Shown: positions 53,801 to 64,000 of the stretch, one piece after another | Position numbering within the stretch: position 1 is the stretch's first letter | Layout of the letters: every line of letters starts with the position of its first letter | Assembly (NCBI GenBank): GCA_051294905.1 | Contig: CM119371.1 | Location: 18,726,001-18,790,000, forward strand | From: Botryllus schlosseri | Lineage: Eukaryota | Length of the DNA stretch: 64,000 bases | Direction: 5' to 3' | Position numbers and translations under genes: made by a program | Notes under the pieces: model-generated | What the model was told of the DNA's origin: nothing | Databases searched by the model: none | The model's input: the letters and a program-made list of their open reading frames with translations, nothing else

Positions 53801-56800
53801 AAGTGCAATAAAATAACTACTCTGACAGCGAGAGCTTACTTGTGTGTTTGTCGACAAGATACAAGAACAGAGCAGGACGCCAATGATATTCGACCTCTAA
53901 TTGGTCAGAAAGTGCCTCGGCGCAATAAGACTATCTACTATTCTGGCGTCTCGTCGACAGCATGGCGACGGAAATTGTCACATAAAACGGCACAGATCGT
54001 AACCACTGTCGCCTACGACCATACCACGTTGAATATACCCGATCTCGTCCGATCTCGGAAGTCGAGCAACGTTGGGCCCGGTTAGTACTTGCATGGGTGA
54101 CCGGCTGGGAATACCGGGTGTAGTAGACGGCTTTTTCATTTTTTTCGCACAAACTCGATCAATTTGATCGCTGCGCTGTATTCACGTATGAAGTATCGCG
54201 CGAAATTTGTAATTGTAGTCGGCCTAACACATTTTCATGATATCGCAATCTCGTGCTGTTTTGACATGACGAAAATTCCAATAAAATAACTACTCTGACA
54301 GCGAGAGCTTACTTGTCTGTTTTTCGACCAGACACAAGAACAGAGCAGGACGCCAATGATATTCGACCTCTAGTTGGTCAGAAAGTGCCTCGGCGCAATA
54401 AGACTATCTACTATTCTGGCGTCTCGTCGACAGCATGGCGACGGAAATTGTCACATAAAACGGCACAGATCGTAACCACTGTCGCCTACGACCATACCAC
54501 GTTGAATATACCCGATCTCGTCCGATCTCGGAAGTCAAGCAACGTTGGGCCCGGTTAGTACTTGCATGGGTGACCGGCTGGGAATACCGGGTGTAGTAGA
54601 CGGCTTTTTCATTTTTTTCGCACAAACTCGATCAATTTGATCGCTGCGCTGTATTCACGTATGAAGTATCGCGCGAAATTTGTAATTGTAGTCGGCCTAA
54701 CACATTTTCATGATATCGAAATCTCGTGCTGTTTTTACATGACGAAAATTCCAATAAAATAACTACTCTGACAGCGAGAGCTTACTTGTCTGTTTTTCGA
54801 CCAGACACAAGAACAGAGCAGGACGCCAATGATATTCGACCTCTTGTTGGTCAGAAAGTGCCTCGGCGCAATAAGACTATCTATACTATTCTGGCGTCTC
54901 GTCGACAGCATGTCGACGGAAATTGTCACATAAAACGGCACAGATCGTAACCACTGTCGCCTACGACCATACCACGTTGAATATACCCGATCTCGTCCGA
55001 TTTCGGAAGTCAAGCAACGTTGGGCCCGGTTAGTACTTGCATGGGTGACCGGCTGGGAATACCGGGTGTAGTAGGCGGCTTTTTCATTTTTTTCGCACAA
55101 ACTCGATCAATTTGATCGCTGCGCTGTATTCACGTATGAAGTATCGCGCGAAATTTGTAATTGTAGTCGGCCTAACACATTTTCATGATATCGCAATCTC
55201 GTGCTGTTTTGACATGACGAAAATTCCAATAAAATAACTACTCTGACAGCGAGAGCTTACTTGTCTGTTTTTCGACCAGACACAAGAACAGAGCAGGACG
55301 CCAATGATATTCGACCTCTAGTTGGTCAGAAAGTGCCTCGGCGCAATAAGACTATCTACTATTCTGGCGTCTCGTCGACAGCATGGCGACGGAAATTGTC
55401 ACATAAAACGGCACAGATCGTAACCACTGTCGCCTACGACCATACCACGTTGAATATACCCGATCTCGTCCGATCTCGGAAGTCAAGCAACGTTGGGCCC
55501 GGTTAGTACTTGCATGGGTGACCGGCTGGGAATACCGGGTGTAGTAGACGGCTTTTTCATTTTTTTCGCACAAACTCGATCAATTTGATCGCTGCGCTGT
55601 ATTCACGTATGAAGTATCGCGCGAAATTTGTAATTGTAGTCGGCCTAACACATTTTCATGATATCGAAATCTCGTGCTGTTTTTACATGACGAAAATTCC
55701 AATAAAATAACTACTCTGACAGCGAGAGCTTACTTGTCTGTTTTTCGACCAGACACAAGAACAGAGCAGGACGCCAATGATATTCGACCTCTTGTTGGTC
55801 AGAAAGTGCCTCGGCGCAATAAGACTATCTATACTATTCTGGCGTCTCGTCGACAGCATGTCGACGGAAATTGTCACATAAAACGGCACAGATCGTAACC
55901 ACTGTCGCCTACGACCATACCACGTTGAATATACCCGATCTCGTCCGATTTCGGAAGTCAAGCAACGTTGGGCCCGGTTAGTACTTGCATGGGTGACCGG
56001 CTGGGAATACCGGGTGTAGTAGGCGGCTTTTTCATTTTTTTCGCACAAACTCGATCAATTTGATCGCTGCGCTGTATTCACGTATGAAGTATCGCGCGAA
56101 ATTTGTAATTGTAGTCGGCCTAACACATTTTCATGATATCGCAATCTCGTGCTGTTTTGACATGACGAAAATTCCAATAAAATAACTACTCTGACAGCGA
56201 GAGCTTACTTGTCTGTTTTTCGACCAGACACAAGAACAGAGCAGGACGACAATGATATTCGACTTCTAGTTGGTCAGAAAGTGCCTCGGCGCAATAAGAC
56301 TATCTACTATTCTGGCGTCTCGTCGACAGCATGGCGACGGAAATTGTCACATAAAACGGCACAGATCGTAACCACTGTCGCCTACGACCATACCGCGTTG
56401 AATATACCCGATCTCGTCCGATCTCGGAAGTCAAGTAACGTTGGGCCCGGTTAGTACTTGCATGGGTGACCGGCTGGGAATACCGGGTGTAGGTAGGCGG
56501 CTTTTGCATTTTTTGTGCGCAAACTCGATCGTTTTGATTGCAACTGTTTTGTATGCGCACGTAGGCCTACGTACAACTATGATTGTCATCATTTGCTGGC
56601 CGCCGCTTATTTCAATTGGTAGTTATACTAGGCCTGACACATTGTCATTATATCGAAATCTCGTGCTGTTTTCACATGACGAAAAGTGCAATAAAATAAC
56701 TACTCTGACAGCGAGAGCTTACTTGTGTGTTTGTCGACAAGATACAAGAACAGAGCAGGACGCCAATGATATTCGACCTCTAATTGGTCAGAAAGTGCCT

Positions 56801-57299
56801 CGGCGCAATAAGACTATCTACTATTCTGGCGTCTCGTCGACAGCATGGCGACGGAAATTGTCACATAAAACGGCACAGATCGTAACCACTGTCGCCTACG
56901 ACCATACCACGTTGAATATACCCGATCTCGTCCGATCTCGGAAGTCGAGCAACGTTGGGCCCGGTTAGTACTTGCATGGGTGACCGGCTGGGAATACCGG
57001 GTGTAGTAGACGGCTTTTTCATTTTTTTCGCACAAACTCGATCAATTTGATCGCTGCGCTGCATTCACGTATGAAGTATCGCGCGAAATTTGTAATTGTA
57101 GTCGGCCTAACGCATTTTCATTATATCGCAATCGTCTTAGAGAAACGGACAATGTCACATAAAACGGCAGAAACTGTCTCGATCTGTCGCCTACGACCAT
57201 ACCACGTTGAATATACCCGATCTCGTCCGATCTCGGAAGTCGAGCAACGTTGGGCCCGGTTAGTACTTGCATGGGTGACCGGCTGGGAATACCGGGTGT

Positions 57300-60200
57300 A
57301 GTAGACGGCTTTTTCATTTTTTTCGCACAAACTCGATCAATTTGATCGCTGCGCTGTATTCACGTATGAAGTATCGCGCGAAATTTGTAATTGTAGTCGG
57401 CCTAACACATTTTCATGATATCGCAATCTCGTGCTGTTTTGACATGACGAAAATTCCAATAAAATAACTACTCTGACAGCGAGAGCTCACTTGTCTGTTT
57501 TTCGACCAGACACAAGAACAGAGCAGGACGCCAATGATATTCGACCTCTAGTTGGTCAGAAAGTGCCTCGGCGCAATAAGACTATCTACTATTCTGGCGT
57601 CTCGTCGACAGCATGGCGACGGAAATTGTCACATAAAACGGCACAGATCGTAACCACTGTCGCCTACGACCATACCACGTTGAATATACCCGATCTCGTC
57701 CGATCTCGGAAGTCAAGCAACGTTGGGCCCGGTTAGTACTTGCATGGGTGACCGGCTGGGAATACCGGGTGTAGTAGACGGCTTTTTCATTTTTTTCGCA
57801 CAAACTCGATCAATTTGATCGCTGCGCTGTATTCACGTATGAAGTATCGCGCGAAATTTGTAATTGTAGTCGGCCTAACACATTTTCATGATATCGAAAT
57901 CTCGTGCTGTTTTTACATGACGAAAATTCCAATAAAATAACTACTCTGACAGCGAGAGCTTACTTGTCTGTTTTTCGACCAGACACAAGAACAGAGCAGG
58001 ACGCCAATGATATTCGACCTCTTGTTGGTCAGAAAGTGCCTCGGCGCAATAAGACTATCTATACTATTCTGGCGTCTCGTCGACAGCATGTCGACGGAAA
58101 TTGTCACATAAAACGGCACAGATCGTAACCACTGTCGCCTACGACCATACCACGTTGAATATACCCGATCTCGTCCGATTTCGGAAGTCAAGCAACGTTG
58201 GGCCCGGTTAGTACTTGCATGGGTGACCGGCTGGGAATACCGGGTGTAGTAGGCGGCTTTTTCATTTTTTTCGCACAAACTCGATCAATTTGATCGCTGC
58301 GCTGTATTCACGTATGAAGTATCGCGCGAAATTTGTAATTGTAGTCGGCCTAACACATTTTCATGATATCGCAATCTCGTGCTGTTTTGACATGACGAAA
58401 ATTCCAATAAAATAACTACTCTGACAGCGAGAGCTTACTTGTCTGTTTTTCGACCAGACACAAGAACAGAGCAGGACGACAATGATATTCGACTTCTAGT
58501 TGGTCAGAAAGTGCCTCGGCGCAATAAGACTATCTACTATTCTGGCGTCTCGTCGACAGCATGGCGACGGAAATTGTCACATAAAACGGCACAGATCGTA
58601 ACCACTGTCGCCTACGACCATACCGCGTTGAATATACCCGATCTCGTCCGATCTCGGAAGTCAAGTAACGTTGGGCCCGGTTAGTACTTGCATGGGTGAC
58701 CGGCTGGGAATACCGGGTGTAGGTAGGCGGCTTTTGCATTTTTTGTGCGCAAACTCGATCGTTTTGATTGCAACTGTTTTGTATGCGCACGTAGGCCTAC
58801 GTACAACTATGATTGTCATCATTTGCTGGCCGCCGCTTATTTCAATTGGTAGTTATACTAGGCCTGACACATTGTCATTATATCGAAATCTCGTGCTGTT
58901 TTCACATGACGAAAAGTGCAATAAAATAACTACTCTGACAGCGAGAGCTTACTTGTGTGTTTGTCGACAAGATACAAGAACAGAGCAGGACGCCAATGAT
59001 ATTCGACCTCTAATTGGTCAGAAAGTGCCTCGGCGCAATAAGACTATCTACTATTCTGGCGTCTCGTCGACAGCATGGCGACGGAAATTGTCACATAAAA
59101 CGGCACAGATCGTAACCACTGTCGCCTACGACCATACCACGTTGAATATACCCGATCTCGTCCGATCTCGGAAGTCGAGCAACGTTGGGCCCGGTTAGTA
59201 CTTGCATGGGTGACCGGCTGGGAATACCGGGTGTAGTAGGCGGCTTTTTCATTTTTTTTCGCACAAACTCGATCAATTTGATCGCTGCGCTGTATTCACG
59301 TATGAAGTATCGCGCGAAATTTGTAATTGTAGTCGGCCTAACACATTTTCATGATATCGCAATCTCGTGCTGTTTTGACATGACGAAAATTCCAATAAAA
59401 TAACTACTCTGACAGCGAGAGCTTACTTGTCTGTTTTTGGACCAGACACAAGAACAGAGCAGGACGCCAATGATATTCGACTTCTAGTTGGTCAGAAAGT
59501 GCCTCGGCGCAATAAGACTATCTACTATTCTGGCGTCTCGTCGACAGCATGGCGACGGAAATTGTCACATAAAACGGCACAGATCGTAACCACTGTCGCC
59601 TACGACCATACCGCGTTGAATATACCCGATCTCGTCCGATCTCGGAAGTCAAGCAACGTTGGGCCCGGTTAGTACTTGCATGGGTGACCGGCTGGGAATA
59701 CCGGGTGTAGGTAGGCGGCTTTTGCATTTTTTGTGCGCAAACTCGATCGTTTTGATTGCAACTGTTTTGTATGCGCACGTAGGCCTACGTACAACTATGA
59801 TTGTCATCATTTGCTGGCCGCCGCTTATTTCAATTGGTAGTTATACTAGGCCTGACACATTGTCATTATATCGAAATCTCGTGCTGTTTTCACATGACGA
59901 AAAGTGCAATAAAATAACTACTCTGACAGCGAGAGCTTACTTGTGTGTTTGTCGACAAGATACAAGAACAGAGCAGGACGCCAATGATATTCGACCTCTA
60001 ATTGGTCAGAAAGTGCCTCGGCGCAATAAGACTATCTACTATTCTGGCGTCTCGTCGACAGCATGGCGACGGAAATTGTCACATAAAACGGCACAGATCG
60101 TAACCACTGTCGCCTACGACCATACCACGTTGAATATACCCGATCTCGTCCGATCTCGGTAGTCGAGCAACGATGGGCCCGGTTAGTACTTGCATGGGTG

Positions 60201-63200
60201 ACCGGCTGGGAATACCGGGTGTAGTAGACGGCTTTTTCATTTTTTTCGCACAAACTCGATCAATTTGATCGCTGCGCTGTATTCACGTATGAAGTATCGC
60301 GCGAAATTTGTAATTGTAGTCGGCCTAACACATTTTCATGATATCGCAATCTCGTGCTGTTTTGACATGACGAAAATTCCAATAAAATAACTACTCTGAC
60401 AGCGAGAGCTTACTTGTCTGTTTTTCGACCAGACACAAGAACAGAGCAGGACGCCAATGATATTCGACCTCTAGTTGGTCAGAAAGTGCCTCGGCGCAAT
60501 AAGACTATCTACTATTCTGGCGTCTCGTCGACAGCATGGCGACGGAAATTGTCACATAAAACGGCACAGATCGTAACCACTGTCGCCTACGACCATACCA
60601 CGTTGAATATACCCGATCTCGTCCGATCTCGGAAGTCAAGCAACGTTGGGCCCGGTTAGTACTTGCATGGGTGACCGGCTGGGAATACCGGGTGTAGTAG
60701 ACGGCTTTTTCATTTTTTTCGCACAAACTCGATCAATTTGATCGCTGCGCTGTATTCACGTATGAAGTATCGCGCGAAATTTGTAATTGTAGTCGGCCTA
60801 ACACATTTTCATGATATCGAAATCTCGTGCTGTTTTTACATGACGAAAATTCCAATAAAATAACTACTCTGACAGCGAGAGCTTACTTGTCTGTTTTTCG
60901 ACCAGACACAAGAACAGAGCAGGACGCCAATGATATTCGACCTCTTGTTGGTCAGAAAGTGCCTCGGCGCAATAAGACTATCTATACTATTCTGGCGTCT
61001 CGTCGACAGCATGGCGACGGAAATTGTCACATAAAACGGCACAGATCGTAACCACTGTCGCCTACGACCATACCACGTTGAATATACCCGATCTCGTCCG
61101 ATCTCGGAAGTCAAGCAACGTTGGGCCCGGTTAGTACTTGCATGGGTGACCGGCTGGGAATACCGGGTGTAGTAGGCGGCTTTTTCATTTTTTTCGCACA
61201 AACTCGATCAATTTGATCGCTGCGCTGTATTCACGTATGAAGTATCGCGCGAAATTTGTAATTGTAGTCGGCCTAACACATTTTCATGATATCGCAATCT
61301 CGTGCTGTTTTGACATGACGAAAATTCCAATAAAATAACTACTCTGACAGCGAGAGCTTACTTGTCTGTTTTTCGACCAGACACAAGAACAGAGCAGGAC
61401 GACAATGATATTCGACTTCTAGTTGGTCAGAAAGTGCCTCGGCGCAATAAGACTATCTACTATTCTGGCGTCTCGTCGACAGCATGGCGACGGAAATTGT
61501 CACATAAAACGGCACAGATCGTAACCACTGTCGCCTACGACCATACCGCGTTGAATATACCCGATCTCGTCCGATCTCGGAAGTCAAGCAACGTTGGGCC
61601 CGGTTAGTACTTGCATGGGTGACCGGCTGGGAATACCGGGTGTAGGTAGGCGGCTTTTGCATTTTTTGTGCGCAAACTCGATCGTTTTGATTGCAACTGT
61701 TTTGTATGCGCACGTAGGCCTACGTACAACTATGATTGTCATCATTTGCTGGCCGCCGCTTATTTCAATTGGTAGTTATACTAGGCCTGACACATTGTCA
61801 TTATATCGAAATCTCGTGCTGTTTTCACATGACGAAAAGTGCAATAAAATAACTACTCTGACAGCGAGAGCATACTTGTGTGTTTGTCGACAAGATACAA
61901 GAACAGAGCAGGACGCCAATGATATTCGACCTCTAGTTGGTCAGAAAGTGCCTCGGCGCAATAAGACTATCTATACTATTCTGGCGTCTCGTCGACAGCA
62001 TGGCGACGTAAATTGTCACTAAAAACGGCACAGATCGTAACCACTGTCGCCTACGACCATACCACGTTGAATATACCCGATCTCGTCCGATCTCGGAAGT
62101 CAAGCAATGTTTGGCCCGGTTAGTACTTGCATGGGTGACCGGCTGGGAATACCGGGTGTAGTAGGCGGCTTTTTCATTTTTTTCGCACAAACTCGATCAA
62201 TTTGATCGCTGCGCTGTATTCACGTATGAAGTATCGCGCGAAATTTGTAATTGAAGTCGGCCTAACGCATTTTCATTATATCGCAATCGTCTTAGAGAAA
62301 CGGACAATGTCACATAAAACGGCAGAAACTGTCACGATCTGTCGCCTACGACCATACCACGTTGAATATACCCGATCTCGTCCGATCTCGGAAGTCAAGT
62401 AACGTTGGGCCCGGTTAGTACTTGCATGGGTGACCGGCTGGGAATACCGGGTGTAGTAGGCGGCTTTTTCATTTTTTTCGCACAAACTCGATCAATTTGA
62501 TCGCTGCGCTGTATTCACGTATGAAGTATCGCGCGAAATTTGTAATTGTAGTCGGCCTAACGCATTTTCATTATATCGCAATCGTCTAAAAGAAACGGAT
62601 AATGTCACATAAAACGGCAGAAACTGACACGATCTGTCGCCTACGACCATACCACGTTGAATATACCCGATCTCGGAAGTCAAGTAACGTTGGGCCCGGT
62701 TAGTACTTGCATGGGTGACCGGCTGGGAATACCGGGTGTAGGTAGGCGGCTTTTGCATTTTTTGTGCGCAAACTCGATCGTTTTGATTGCAACTGTTTTG
62801 TATGCGCACGTAGGCCTACGTACAACTATGATTGTCATCATTTGCTGGCCGCCGCTTATTTCAATTGGTAGTTATACTAGGCCTGACACATTGTCATTAT
62901 ATCGAAATCTCGTGCTGTTTTCACATGACGAAAAGTGCAATAAAATAACTACTCTGACAGCGAGAGCTTACTTGTGTGTTTGTCGACAAGATACAAGAAC
63001 AGAGCAGGACGCCAATGATATTCGACCTCTAATTGGTCAGAAAGTGCCTCGGCGCAATAAGACTATCTACTATTCTGGCGTCTCGTCGACAGCATGGCGA
63101 CGGAAATTGTCACATAAAACGGCACAGATCGTAACCACTGTCGCCTACGACCATACCACGTTGAATATACCCGATCTCGTCCGATCTCGGAAGTCGAGCA

Positions 63201-63600
63201 ACGTTGGGCCCGGTTAGTACTTGCATGGGTGACCGGCTGGGAATACCGGGTGTAGTAGGCGGCTTTTTCATTTTTTTCGCACAAACTCGATCAATTTGAT
63301 CGCTGCGCTGTATTCACGTATGAAGTATCGCGCGAAATTTGTAATTGTAGTCGGCCTAACGCATTTTCATTATATCGCAATCGTCTTAGAGAAACGGACA
63401 ATGTCACATAAAACGGCAGAAACTGTCTCGATTTGTCGCCTACGACCATACCACGTTGAATATACCCGATCTCGTCCGCTCTCGGAAGTCAAGTAACGTT
63501 GGGCCCGGTTAGTACTTGAATGGGTGACCGGCTGGGAATACCGGGTGTAGTAGGCGGCTTTTTCATTTTTTTCGCACAAACTCGATCAATTTGATCGCTG
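57300..63600. repeat. About 6.3-kb block duplicated from about 43000-49300 (offset 14307 bp)
   Basis: 43184/57491, 45120/59427, 48350/62657, 48989/63296; shared private SNPs (TTTTTGGACC, CTCGGTAGTC, T8 backup terminator). Confidence 0.88.
62639..62747 (+). pseudogene. 5S pseudogene, 10-bp deletion plus +G 3' variant
   Basis: As 48332 (14307-bp duplication). Confidence 0.85.
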
Positions 63601-63732
63601 CGCTGTATTCACGTATGAAGTATCGCGCGAAATTTGTAATTGTAGTCGGCCTAACGCATTTTCATTATATCGCAATCGTCTTAGAGAAACGGACAATGTC
63701 ACATAAAACGGCAGAAACTGTCTCGATCTGTC

Positions 63733-63850
63733 GCCTACGACCATACCACGTTGAATATACCCGATCTCGTCCGATCTCGGAAGTCAAGTAACGTTGGGCC
63801 CGGTTAGTACTTGCATGGGTGACCGGCTGGGAATACCGGGTGTAGTAGGC
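63733..63850 (+). rRNA. 5S rRNA: 5S rRNA gene (last complete copy in window)
   Basis: Consensus T57 copy; the spacer continues past the window end. Confidence 0.95.
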
Positions 63851-64000
63851 GGCTTTTTCATTTTTTTCGCACAAACTCGATCAATTTGATCGCTGCGCTG
63901 TATTCACGTATGAAGTATCGCGCGAAATTTGTAATTGTAGTCGGCCTAACGCATTTTCATTATATCGCATCGTCTTAGAGAAACGGACAATGTCACATAA

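Larger units (their letters stand above)
690..63850 (+). rRNA. 5S rRNA: 5S rRNA gene tandem array (about 156 copies, hand count)
   Basis: Repeated 118-nt unit GCCTACGACCATACCACGTTGAATATACCCGATCTCGTCCGATCTCGGAAGTCAAG(T/C)AACGTTGGGCCCGGTTAGTACTTGCATGGGTGACCGGCTGGGAATACCGGGTGTAGTAGGC is colinear with the metazoan 5S consensus and is followed by oligo-T. Example starts: 690, 1165, 1640, 2115, 2410, 2704, 2999, 3294, 3589, 4103, 4578, 5053, 5348, 5644, 6496 ... 63143, 63438, 63733. Confidence 0.98.

Noticed and set aside
560..63874. Hundreds of short repeated ORFs (MCEKNEK..., MIAALYS..., MLFLHDE..., MGPVSTC... 175 aa)
   Set aside because: They overlap the 5S gene or spacer on either strand, mostly use non-ATG starts, are freely frameshifted between copies and resemble no protein family I recognise.
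1..64000. CRISPR array or prokaryotic repeat system
   Set aside because: The repeats are 118-nt eukaryotic 5S genes, the spacers are themselves repeated rather than unique, and no cas genes are present.

Overview
Eukaryotic (metazoan-type) 5S rDNA tandem array filling the whole 64 kb window. I counted about 156 head-to-tail 5S genes by hand, all on the + strand. They sit in three interspersed spacer classes: about 295 bp (S), 473-475 bp (L) and 514-516 bp (XL), arranged in nested higher-order duplications of roughly 0.6-16.7 kb. The only non-5S element is a 568-bp, 5'-truncated CR1-group (Crack/L2/Daphne-like) LINE 3' end. It carries an ORF2 C-terminal remnant, a 3'UTR stem-loop, AATAAA and an (ATG)n tail. 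It occupies one fixed spacer site in 8 near-identical copies, all within the first 23.4 kb. The 5S gene has unusual features: a compensatory C82-G94 pair in box C/helix IV, a G7·A112 mismatch, and a possible 3-bp extension of helix I (GTC upstream, GGC before the terminator). Several defective 5S lineages are co-amplified (10-bp deletion, +TA, -C, +G). No genuine host protein-coding gene is present; all other listed ORFs are chance translations of the repeat. I found no clearly new biological system; the best leads are the 5S+LINE-tail composite and the structured long spacer. The species cannot be determined from the sequence alone.
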